DNA of 64,000 bases. Origin: Zygnema circumcarinatum SAG 698-1b. Taxonomy: Eukaryota; Plantae; Zygnematophyceae. Both the position numbers and the translations under genes were made by a program. Shown in pieces: positions 21,551-33,031 of the stretch. Numbering within the stretch: position 1 is the first letter of the stretch; the number at the start of each line of letters is the position of its first letter. The stretch covers positions 992,001 to 1,056,000 of the forward strand of contig CM074807.1 of assembly GCA_037447605.1 (NCBI GenBank), given 5' to 3'. The notes below the pieces were generated by a model. That model was not told where the DNA came from and ran no database searches. It saw only the letters and a list, made by a program, of their open reading frames with translations.

Positions 21551-22432
21551 CATGTGGCAGTGGCTCGAACAACATGTTGCTCGCAGCCTTTCTTTCCTTA
21601 CATAGGCCGCTGCCTTGTGGGGCATTGGTTCGCATCGGTTCGCCATCTTGTGTTGTGCATTTACCTTTGACGGAGTCGCTGATCGTGATGGTAATTCACC
21701 TGTTGGGTCCAAAGCCAAACCCAAACAGCGGAGTTGAGGCACAACACACCCTTTCTCCAGATGGGCATCTCCATCCCCATGCTCAATGAGCTATGTATAC
21801 AGAATTGTATACGTGGCGAGCGCCTATTCAAATATAGGCGACTATGGTTCGCAATGGCAATGGCCCCACGGTGGGTCGCAGAAGTTACGGTTGTTGACAA
21901 TGTTGCAGAGTCATGCATGCATGGTCGTGGAAAGTTGCACAAGTCGAGGATGTTGCGGTTCACTTGCAGGGTGTTGTTGGCAAGCAGCGGACGTTTGCAA
22001 GTTTCCAGCATTGTCTTTGGCGGACAGAGCCATGACAAAAAGTCGACCAAAATGACGAAGTTCGGCAGCGCGCACTCAAATCTATTGATCCGGGAGAAGC
22101 AATTAACTCACATAGAGCCTCTGAACTAAATGAATCGCGAAACCCATGCTCGTATCATGATGCAATATGCATGTAAAACCCTAACACTCCATAAGATCTG
22201 CAAAACCCATAGTAAAAAAAGAAAGAACGAGGTTAGCATTGCCGAAGAGCAACCAGTATCTCAGATGCCGCTGATCAAGCCCAGCTACTGCAACACATCA
22301 TTCATAACGCTTCTGTGTAAATGTAAACATCAACAGTTTTAATACCTTAAAAAGAAAAAAGCAACAGAAACTCAGTCACGAACAACAGCAGGAGCAAGGA
22401 GCTGACTTCACTCACCTCCAAAAAGAGGACAT

Positions 22433-23392
22433 TCAAACGACCTCTTCTGGAGACCAACAGAAGTGTTCGTTCCGATTAAGGGCATCGAGAGCTGCAAGAT
22501 GGGTCTCTTTAATACTCCAAGAATACACATCTGCATTTTCTTGCATTCTCTCCTTCCGCAGTGACTTAGGAATCACCACTGCACCCCTCACTCCTCCCAC
22601 CCATCATCCATCTGCAACTTGGCAACGATCTTTCCACTATCAAACTCTTTTCAAGAAGTAAGAGAAATTCAAAACGAAAGCAACATCCGCTGCCGATGGA
22701 TGAAACACATCAGGAAATCTGCCAAGCTATATGCATAAGAGCCTGGTTGGCAGAGCCTCTTAAACCCAAGAATGAAAGAAAGAGGGGTTCACACAACTGT
22801 TCGGTTAGAAGCACGTACCCAGATCTCGCTGAAGGCCCCATCGGAGCAGTATTTGTGCCGGAGTTCGTTCGTACAGTTCCGCAGTTGACAAAACCAAGGG
22901 ATCGTTCAAGAGCTGTCAGAACCCGCAGGCCCTCCGGGTGAGAGGGAGTGGGAGGGGGAGCGGGAGAGGGAGCGGGAGAGGGAGCGGGAGAGGGGACGGG
23001 AGAGGGAACGGGAGAGGGAACGGGAGAGGGAGTGGACGAAAGAGCAGGAGAGGGAGCGGTGAGGGAGCAGGAGAAGGAGTGGGAGAGGGAGTGGGGGAGG
23101 GAGCGGGAGAGGGGGCGGGAGAGGGAGTGGGAGAGGGAGTGGACGAGGGAGCGGGAGATGGAGCGGTGTGGGAGAGGGGAGAGGGAGCTAAAGGGCGAGC
23201 GGGAGAGCGTGCTGGATGGAGCGAGAGTGAGAGAGAGGAAGACGAGGGAGGACGAGGGGGAGGGAGGAAAGGCGGGGAGAAGGGTTGAAGGAGAGAAGAA
23301 TGTTCACCTGTCCACATCCTAATGGTGAATATGCCACTACTTGGATACTGAACTCCATGCATAATTTCCTGAGACTCTCCTGNNNNNNNNNN

Positions 23393-23424
<32 letters not shown>

Positions 23425-25181
23425 CAAGGTAATATCAATACCAGTCAATTTGGGCTGCTACCATTATAGTGATGGCGCTTGAAAAAGTTAATCAACAGCC
23501 CAGTGGAAAATGCTGAATGAACCTCGATAAAGTCAATCAATAGCAGAATACTGATTCACTCTTCTTTACCAGTGAGAGCTTGAAAGCTGGAAAGCTGCAA
23601 AGCGTATGACTTTAAAAGACTTTGGGGTTTCAGGAGGGAAATTTCAATCATTTTTTTTATTTCTGGTTTAAATTAAGGTTGCATATTATCCCAGGTTCAT
23701 TTGTCGTTTTGAGGGCTCGTACCAGTGGATGAGGTAAAGGTCCTACCAACCAAAAAAAAAAAAATTCAACCATCCAAATAGTGAAACGATTATTTTAGCT
23801 AGGAAGAATCGAGTACTTTCGTATGTACGGGAAAAATGAAACGAGCAACTTTTAACACTTCCGTCAACATCTGCTTAGTAGAAAAAACAAACATTTCAGT
23901 CGCCAAAACAATGCAGATTTTAAACCTCTTAGAAGCTAACTGGAAAGCTGAAGCTGTTACGGTTCTGCCCGCCTGTTAAACGGATTTGCAGGACAACAGA
24001 TTTAACGAATTTAACGGATTTAACGGATTTAACTGAATTTTTCTCCTGGTTTGAGAAGTGGAGCCTTACAAGATAGTCCATTCCGAGCCTGCCCAATGTC
24101 TTGTTGCAAGCTGCGATGGCCTTGTCATACCTGGACACAGTTTGTGAAAAGGAAAATGTGAAAAAAGCACAAAGAAATTTGAAGAGTTTGCGCATAAATT
24201 ATCACAAAGCAGCATAGAGAAGTTTCAGACATTTGAAGGTCCTTTTAAGGTTTACCCTTGTTCAAAAGGAGAAGCCTTTGATGTAATGAAAAGTTCCTCC
24301 CGATTCATCCTCATTTCCCTACACGCCTTCCCTATCTCCTCTTCGTTCTTGTATATTGAAGCTGTGTCTGCACTCCACATTCAAAACATTCAATTACGTT
24401 AACCCTGTCTAGCCTTTGGATTTGACCATATCCGATTATAGCAGCTTTTGCCGCAAGCAGGAATAGGAGGATGAGAAAATGACTACTCTTATTACCAATG
24501 TGGGTGTAGCCGGCCTCAAGGGCCCAACGAGTCGCTTTTTGCGCTTCATCCCCGCGGGCTTTAAAGGTACCCACTGCAATAGGTGGCAATGAAGATAGAT
24601 ACAATAGATACAGTGATTAGATGGCGAGAAGAGGTGTGGGAATAAGAGCAGTCATACTCTCAGACCGAGTGCATTCTGCTCTTCTTGCTCCTTCAAACTT
24701 TCCGTAGAATTGCTTCGACCGAAAGAGTTTCCATGGATACAAAATGGCTCATTCCGCCTTTCTATGACGTTTTCATTTGCACTGCAGTGCCTAAAAGTAA
24801 CGTGTAAGTTGCCTTCCATTCCACGAAACCCTAAAACTCACATCCAAGACGCGGCATTTTAACTCCATTAGAGAGAGTGACGAAGCGAGGCTCCTCTTCG
24901 CTCATTTCTGTGACTCCCGAGAAGCTTCCTGAATGTGGCAACCGCCTGCCCTCCGTTGCAGGCGCAGAACTTCGATGTGCAGCGCATGCAGCCGAGGCTC
25001 TCTTAAACCTAATTCGCGAAGCAGAGCGAGAGCAATGGCAGCATAGTGATCTACAAGTAGCTTGCTTCAAGTGCTGCATAGGAGAGAAGGCGAGCAATCT
25101 GCCTGCTCTCAGTGCTGTTTTGAAAGTACTACAGAATGTGGAAGTATGGAGCACGCATCCTGCTCCATGGCTGGCATGCAT
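22433..25181 (-). CDS. Aldo-keto reductase (AKR5 / 2,5-DKG-reductase-like); internal exon(s) missing at an assembly gap
   Basis: Reads FVTLSNGVKMPRLGLGTFKA, HIDTASIYKNE, ELFITSK, DLYLIHW (tetrad D/Y/K/H present), QVVAYSPLG, TPAQILLRWGLQ, VVIPKS, with stop at 22433. Core ATG is at 24905; an in-frame upstream ATG is at 25181. The GVSN-containing segment is not in the visible sequence. Confidence 0.88.
22940..23200 (+). repeat. G-rich minisatellite, about 12-bp unit GAGGGAGCGGGA, in an AKR intron
   Basis: Tandem degenerate GAGGGAG(C/T)GGGA units. Confidence 0.8.
23383..23392. other. Assembly gap N10 (others at 31985-31994 and 53165-53174)
   Basis: N runs, each next to low-complexity sequence. 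Confidence 1.
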
Positions 25182-25815
25182 GCCTCATGCCTGGACTGCT
25201 GCCGGCAGTGCGACACTCGCACTGGGCGAGCCCTTTGTAAAAAGGAGAGGGAAATGCAAATTTCCTCTTCTTTTGAGGGGAATGAACTGGCACGTTCTTA
25301 CATCATGATGTTATGAATGTGTGAGGGTGGAGGTAGATGCCCATGACATCGTCACTCGCCTCCGGCTATGTCAACCTTCACACTTGATGGCTCGCCATTG
25401 TGAGATGAGTAATCTGGAGAGGCTGCAGTGCAGGCCACTGCCTGTTTTGGACATGCTTTGGCCATCACCCTCTTGAGAAGTACGCGGCTTGCAGTGTGAA
25501 CCTTAACCTTTAGATCGATGGTTCAACTCCATGTTCATGGTTGATGTTCATAGTTCCACATGTGCATGTTTTGCTAGACAAGCATGGAACATGTCCCAGG
25601 GCAGTCAAACATGGAAAGGAAGCACAAGCACAAGCACAAACACAAACACGACATTGCACTTCCTCCAAGTGCAAACTCGTTTGGCTAATTCAAAGGACGC
25701 ACAGCGTCCAACAAGTACACGACCCCGCTCTATTGGCAATATCGTGACTTGTTGGCTAACCTAATTGACAACTTGTTGAACCCACAATGGCGGCGATTCT
25801 CTCTACCTGCGAGTC

Positions 25816-28572
25816 CTATTGCTTCTCTCTATCAGCCAACTGTGGGCGGAAGAAAAACCCCGAAAAGACAAAGAAAGTCAAATAGTGCGGAATAAAGACG
25901 AGGAGCACGAGCTGGGCGATGATGAGGCAAACATCTGATAAGAGGTAGGAGCCCTTTGAGACTCTCTCAACCATCCAAATGAAAAAGATTTGGATGGGAG
26001 TTCCAAAGCAGGCCAGCAGCTGAGTGAGGCCGAATAACGTGCCATAGTTTTGGAAACCAAAAACTTCTGCCAAGTAGTTTGTGACCACCCCTATGGCCAA
26101 GGGCCTGCTGAGGCCAAAAGCAAAGAATCCCACCACCTGCATCACAATACAAGACTTGGGTTTAGATCTGTTGCAGAACATGTCTTCACGTGCTCCAACT
26201 GACTAACACCTAACTTCAAAGAGGCAGCATAATTTGAAGGCAAATAGGGTTTTAATAGGGTTTCTGGGAAGGAGGGTAAAGCTGGGGTCTTACCTTCCAT
26301 TGGAGTGGAACGAGCCCAGGAAGCAAACAGAGAAGGTAGAGGAGGGAGAGAAGCCCTTGACATACTATGGTCGCAGAAATACCCAACTTCACCAGAAGGA
26401 TTCCAACGATTGGAATTCCAAGGAGACCCCCAAATGGCAACGACAAATTGAATATGGAACTAAAGTAAGCAGCAGTTGCCTCCACAGGTTGGACACCTCC
26501 TTCATGTATGGCTTCTTTCACCAACTGATCATATATTGTGGCAAGACTGAAGTTCATGCAGAGGATGAAGAGTCCGAGGTATACAGCAGCCACAAGGAAA
26601 GGAACGGAACACACTTGGTGCCATATGTCAAAATTGTAAAGCTCAGGAGGTTTTCTTAGAGTTTCTTTTTGAGAAAGTTCAGAAAGTCCTATGGGTTCTG
26701 GCGACTCTAAAGAAAGCAGGGCATCAAGGTGCCCTTCATTTCCGACCTGCTTATTTTTGACTTCTTCATCCAAAAGTATACGACGGATTAGCCAAACTCG
26801 GTGAGGTTCTCCGCGATTCCCCTGACTTCTCTCAATGCCATAGGCAGTATCCGGGTAGAGGGAGAGGCTGGCAATAAAGATGACAACAGGAGTGATCTGC
26901 AGCAGTAAGGAAAGGAAGGAAGAGCTAAGAGACAAGAACCTATGCATTTGGACTGAGTGTGTTATATATGCATGATACGGAATGATACTTCCATCTGCAA
27001 CTATTCATCTCTTACTCTTCCACTTTATGTACATTGGAGGAGAGAGATGAAAGCTCTATGGTAGTGGGGTGCTGAGAGATTTCCTCACCAGATAGAGCCA
27101 GCAAATTCTCGAAAACGGTACTCCACAATGGCTCACAGCCCATGCCCCTGCGACTGTTACAAGAGACGATATTTGACAAGCTCCGGTCTGCGCACCGATC
27201 ACTGCAGATGCATTTCTCTCAAAAAGTGCGGAGAAGTTATTCTGCAAATGCTCAATGCCCATCAATGACCAACAACCAAATAACAAGCCATTAGACTCAA
27301 CAAATATAAACTCCACTTGCAACCTGCAACGAAAACCACAGATGCGCACATAAATGGGCTGATCATGCGAGAGGCAAAACATAAAGGAGACCAGTGAAGT
27401 TTTTTCTTTTGTTCGAATCTGCATGGCTGTGTAGGGACTGATCTTCAAAGCTGAACTGGGATGCATGCAGTAGCAAGACTAGAGATGCTAAATTGTTAAG
27501 TAAACTCCTGTGGAGCATGTCATCGGATATAGACGGACTAACCGTGGAAAGGAATACAAGGGAACCTCCGATAGCCAACAGCACGAAGCCGCATAAGTAA
27601 AGGTAGTCTCCAAAAGTGCTTGCAATTGCAAGCGCAACTAAGCCACATCCAAAGACGAACGATCCCATGCAGGCACTCGCTCTGCATAGGAGATAAACAA
27701 AGAAACAAAAAAAAAAAAAAACAGAGAAAACTGCAATGATTAATCATCACTGAAAGCTTCTAAACAAAGACCTGGAAGTTACAGGAAGGACTCCAAGAAA
27801 GAGCATTCCTCTGCTAGGTCGTTAAACCTTAAGGGTAAACGCGCTTCAGCTGAACTTGAACAACAGTAGGAGTGAATGCTGAAAATCGAACTAATCGTGC
27901 CGTCGTCATACGAATGCGGTTTCTATTCATTGCAGGATAACCAAGTTGCAGTTCTATAAAGCAGCTACCTGGGACCAACTTTGTCGAGAAACATTCCGGA
28001 AAATGGCCCAAATAGTGAAGTTGCACCGGTGGCAAAAGTGACCAGCAATCGGAACTGCCCTTCCTGCTCCGCACAGGGCCTCTCACTGTCCTTATCGCAT
28101 AAGGATGAGTAGGCCCCTTCTTGAATAAGCAGTACGTCATGCAGGGCCGGAAATCCGAAGATGAGTCCTGCACAATTAACCCCCCTTCAATATGTATGCT
28201 TACCCTGCAGTCACAATCACAAAGACGCTCTTCTATTCATTTTGAAGAAGTGAGAATGAGAATTATCTTGTGAAACTCAAGAGGCTTCCGTTGACACAAC
28301 ATTCAATGACTGTCTGTCACTCATCGCAGCAAGAAAACTTGCTCTTTCTCACTGAATTATACTGCATTGATCAATCAAAAGAAAAGCAATATACGCACTG
28401 ATTTCATGCGAGAGGAATCTGCAAATGTACCAGCAGTGAGAAATGTGAAAGCAAGCGATGAGCCGAGCAATACAGTGTTCCAAAAACCGCCTTCAAAGCC
28501 ATGCCCCGAAATATCCTCGTCCTCCGGGCGATAAAGGACACGGTAACCCTTGCTTCTCTCCCCTTTCTCCAT
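25816..28572 (-). CDS. SLC43/FMP42-like MFS transporter, copy 1 (6 exons)
   Basis: GLIFGFPALHDVLLIQEGAYSSLC...C...GMFLDKVGPR resembles yeast Fmp42 GIIFGFAAL...LC...GKILDMYGPR. Multiple TM segments; late FGFQNYGTLFG motif. Confidence 0.8.
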
Positions 28573-28719
28573 AACAAGATGCTCTTACCAACGCAGGGAA
28601 AGCCTCCTTCGAAGGGCGCTCCCCTTGATCCCCTCCTCCCTCCTCTCTCTCTGTCGCTCTCTCCCTCCCTCCCTCCTTCCCGTTCCACGCCATGGCGACA
28701 GGCCAAGCGGTCCCAGCAG

Positions 28720-29025
28720 CCGCCACGTGTCCTCCAGCGACTCAGCTCCCACCCTTGAAAGCGACGTTGAGAGAGGGAGAGAAGAGAGAAGCGAGAGGGA
28801 GGGAAGTGCTAGAGCCACATATGAAACCTTTATGGTCAAAGGGTTAACCCACGTGACATGACGTGACAACGTTTGGTTCGTCCACCTGGACTGTTCTCTG
28901 TGGTCTTACGTTTATGTATGTGGATTCAGTGAGACTTGGCGCAGTTGGCGATAAATCACCCAATAGAATGCGGCCACGTGGCAATTATAGTGAAAATAAC
29001 AGGTAGGGCCTGCCACGTGGCAACG
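28720..29025. promoter_or_regulatory. Bidirectional promoter with four G-boxes between MFS copy 1 and the cysteine-synthase-like gene
   Basis: CACGTG at 28724 and 28850; perfect palindromes GCCACGTGGC at 28973-28982 and 29012-29021. The divergent ATGs are 530 bp apart. Confidence 0.6.
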
Positions 29026-29101
29026 GCGGCGGCGCAGTGGGCTGGAAGGGAGAAGGGGGCGTTTGCTCTCTTTCTGTGGGCTCGGCGGTGGAGCTCAGGC
29101 C

Positions 29102-32100
29102 ATGGCTGCCGCGCCCTACCTCTCAGCATGGGGGTACCCCCACTTGGTGTGCGCGCTGCTCGCATCCATGGCGGCGGCTGTGGCTTCTTTCCTCCTCTTG
29201 GAAGGGCGAGGACGCGGGAAAGAGAGGGGCAGCGATGGCGGCAGCAAGCGTGAGGGAAGACGAGACGGAAGCAGGGCCAGTGCTGGAAGAGACGGAAGAG
29301 GAAGGAAGGGATGCGAAGTCACGGAGGGACTGCTTGGATGCATTGGGAACACTCCGCTCATCCGGATTGAAAGCTTGTCACGAGCAACAGGATGCAATAT
29401 CCTTGCAAAAGCGGAGTTTCTGAATCCTGGGGGAAGCATTAAGGACCGCGTGGCTAAGAAGATCATTGAAGAGGTGAATCTGCAGACCATTGAAGGAGGG
29501 CACTTGAGCAAGTGAGAAAAGCGAGTGTACAAGAGCTGCTCGTACGCATGCAGATGTCGGTTTTCCTTCAGGTCTTCCCCTTGGATTTCTTGCCTTTTTT
29601 TTTGGGCTGGACACATATCTTATTGGTCCATTTTGCATCCGTATAGAGAGGCATGAGAACGCATCGCACTATCGGATGTTGTCCATTTTCTCCCAATGTG
29701 CATGGCTTGGAAAACCTTGCGAAGACTATTGCAGGCGGGCTTTTGTAAGTACTGGAATAAAATAAAGGACGTCTAATGAAAGACATTCCACCAACAGGCA
29801 CTTTTAACTTTTCTAGAGGATGTACGTTACCAAAAGCCACAACCGACCTCTTTAGTCAGAAATAACGCCACATGCCATTTCATAGACCACATTTTCCAAA
29901 CTAGCTTCGTGTCCCAGAACTTTATAAATATGCTTTACGATTTGTGTATGTCACTTTATAATTCCAACGCGAGAAGACCACTTCCCCAGCATCATGCTTC
30001 CGAGCCTTTCCAATCAAGATGATGTTTGAAAGTCGACGATATGCTCCAGCTTCTCCCCTTTTCATAAAAGCGGGAATGTAAAAGTACTTCATTCTGTCAT
30101 TGCTTGAGGGGAATTATCCTTGAACTCAGTGTACCCTTCTTCATTTGTTTCCAACTGCAGAGCAACTTCTTGTGTATATTCTCATCTTCCCTCCTTTGAG
30201 CCGGGCAGGCTATGGAATCCGGACAGTTGCGGAAGGGAGGCCTTATAGCAGAGGGCAGTGCTGGAAGCACAGGCGTCTCCTTGGCCATGGTGGCGCTAGC
30301 GGTCGGCTGCAAATGCTTTGTGGCTCTACCTGACGATGCTGCGGAGGAGAAAGCGCTGATTTTGGAGGCTTTGGGAGCTGAGGTGAAGAAGGTCCGGCCC
30401 GTTAGCATCACGCACAGAGACCATTTTGTGAATGTGGCGAAGCGACGGGCAGCTGAGGAGCAGTCTAAGCTGGTGGCTTGGTGAGAAGGGAGAGTCCTCT
30501 GTGTGTTAGCAAATAAAGTCAGGGAATTAGGGCGCAGATTTTGAAAGACATGTTTCTCACAAGTTTTCAACGAATGCTGCTAGGTTATGGAGTCACTTGA
30601 GGGAGCATCTAGGGGTGCACCTAAAAGTTTGCTCACCGTATTCTCTGAGAGCTCTCAGGAATGATACTCAGGCTTCTGTTTCATTTCTGTTTGGTTGCTT
30701 AGGGAGGAGGCTCATCCGCGGAAAGTGGACTCAGAATCCTCAACAAACGAGGGGGTTTGTGGGGAAGGGAGAAAGGATGGAGGGGAAGGAGAAGCCAATG
30801 CGAGCTTCTCTGAAACGTGGGCACTTCAAAGGAAGCGAACGATTGAAGGGCAGTGCACAAGTTCTGGAATACATGATGCCCACGCAGGTGGAGGATGTAA
30901 AGAAGGATTGCCAGGGGACTTCGCAATCACCTCGGAGGACGATAGAATTGCGTGTCAATGTAGAAACACTGAAAAGGATGTGAGAGAGGAAGAGATTGAA
31001 GGGAAAGAGCAATTCAGCATTCAGCAGAATGGAGGGACGGAGACAGTTGCATACGAACCCCCGCGAGGAGGCTTCTTTGCAGACCAATTTGAGAACTTGG
31101 CAAACTTTCGAGCGCATTATGAGAGTACAGCGGCAGAGATATGGGAGCAGACAGGAGGAAACATTGGTGCGTTTGTTGCAGCGGCGGGAACGGGTGGCAG
31201 CGTGGCAGGCATTTCCTGTTACTTGAAGGTAATAATAGCAAAGAGATGAGTAGGAGTCTTGTTTGCGAAATTGGGGAAGGTGGAGGTGAGTGCTTGTTTT
31301 GGAAGCTGGCATTCAGCTGGTTTATTCTTTTGGTGCGATGCTGTAAGAAGTTGCCGTTTTTGCAATGTCTATTGCGTGGAATCAAAGGGTCGATCTTTAG
31401 TCCCTTTCGTGAGGGTCTTGATAATGTTCAAGATGGAGGTGAAAAGTTGTCGTAGTACATCTTGCGGCATGAAGGCAAGCAGAGCCAATTAGGATGAAGG
31501 ACTGATTTGAATATCACTTCACTTGTCAAGTGACAAGATAAAGTTGCTCGCAATCAGCACCACAGGCCCTACACTGTCCCTAAGCATGTATCCATTACCA
31601 ATAGCCAAAGCATTCAGTTATCTGTCCTGAACGACATACTCATGCATCTTCTCCATCTTGTCCATCCTCTTTGCACATCTCAACAGGAACGAAACCCACA
31701 CATCAGGTGTTACCTCATTGACCCTCCAGGCTCAAGCTTGTATAACAGAGTGACACGTGGCGTCCTGTTCACACGTGAGGAAGCGGAAGGCAAGCGGCTG
31801 CGCAACCCCTTCGACACCATCACGGAGGGCATCGGCATCAACCGACTCACAAGGAACTTCGCGCGAGCACGCCTTGACGGAGCTTTTCGAGGGACTGACA
31901 GGGAGGCCGTGGAAATGGCTAGGTAAGCGAGGGCGAGGGAGAGGGCGAGGAAGCGGGAGAGGAAGAGGGAGAGGGAGAGGAGGANNNNNNNNNNAAGGGG
32001 GGAGGCATCAATGGGGAGCGAGAGTCATAGGAGGTGTGAGGAGTGTAGGCTCTCTGGGAGGCACTTACCTTCACGCATTGGTGCCATCCATGGTGCAGGT

Positions 32101-32393
32101 TTCTCCTCAAGAATGATGGTCTCTTTGTTGGAAGCTCATCCGCAATGAACTGCGTCGGAGCAGTGAGGACAGCTCGGCTTTTGCCACCCGGTTCAACCGT
32201 TGTCACAATCTTATGTGATGGAGGGAACCGGCATTTGAGTAAGTTTCATAATCCGGCGTACTTGGCGGCCTTGGGTTTGACTCCATGCGCTAAGGGGCTC
32301 GAGTTTCTGGACAGTCAAAACACTTGGCGAAATTCGAAGCTCGGTGCTTCCTCTCCCCAAGGACCCTGCGATTGGGGCAGGCGAGAGAGCTGA
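29102..32393 (+). CDS. Cysteine-synthase-like PLP enzyme (MCY1 / cysteine synthase 2 type) with N-terminal TM, 5 exons
   Basis: Motifs: IGNTPLIRI, AKAEFLNPGGSIKDR (PLP Lys), EGSAGSTGVSLA, GGFFADQFENLANFRAHY, AAAGTGGSVAG, LIDPPGSSLY, TITEGIGINRLT, DGLFVGSSSAMNCVGA, VVTILCDGG.RHLSKF. Confidence 0.92.
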
Positions 32394-32971
32394 GTCTTAA
32401 GCATTCAGGTTCGGCCGGGGGAAGCGGAGGTGAAGGAGTGGGCGAAACTGAGTTAGGAGGTTAATTGTGCTTAGAATTGTTACTTTACAATTGGGTTTAG
32501 TAGTTTAGAAAGCAGCAAAAAGTGGAGATTTGATGAAGTAGCTTTCTTAAATTTTTCCTTGCAGTAACATAGCTTGCCTCTCAATTCCAGATCAGACCTT
32601 TCCGCAACGACCACTACATGTTGATTGTTTGTGGCACATTTTTCCCTCGGAGCTCGCACCGCTGTCAGCCACGCATACCCATATGTCGAATTTTGGAGAG
32701 GCCCTCCTTCAGTGCACCTCCCGCCCCTCGCACGGCTCCCATCTGCCTGACCTTACAAGCTCGATATAGAACATCATATCTCGATACGATATTCAAGCCA
32801 TACGTTTGCACGACAATGGTATCGTATCCTCAAAAAAATATCGTATCGTATTCTATACTGATTATATCGTCAAATCTTATATAAACGATATTGTCAGTAC
32901 GATACATACTGGAATGTATCGAGCTTGCGATATTGCTGTCCGGACGTGGCAGCCTACAGAGCGCCTTACAG

Positions 32972-33018
32972 AATTAGGGTTAGGATTAGGGTTAGGGTTA
33001 GGGTTAGGGTTTAGGGTT
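32972..33018 (+). repeat. Short telomere-like array, mainly TTAGGG with one TTTAGGG, just upstream of the glutaredoxin-like ATG
   Basis: ttagggttaggattagggttagggttagggttagggtttagggtt. Confidence 0.85.
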
Positions 33019-33031
33019 AAGCTCGGCAGCC

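Noticed and set aside
22916-23362. GE-, RG- and PS-repeat ORFs
   Set aside because: Translations of an intronic minisatellite.
22433-24905. AKR pseudogene call
   Set aside because: The missing block coincides with an N gap; all visible exons are intact and retain the catalytic tetrad.
24877-25308. 143-aa plus-strand ORF overlapping the AKR start
   Set aside because: Antisense to the AKR N-terminal extension with no recognisable motif; likely a shadow ORF.
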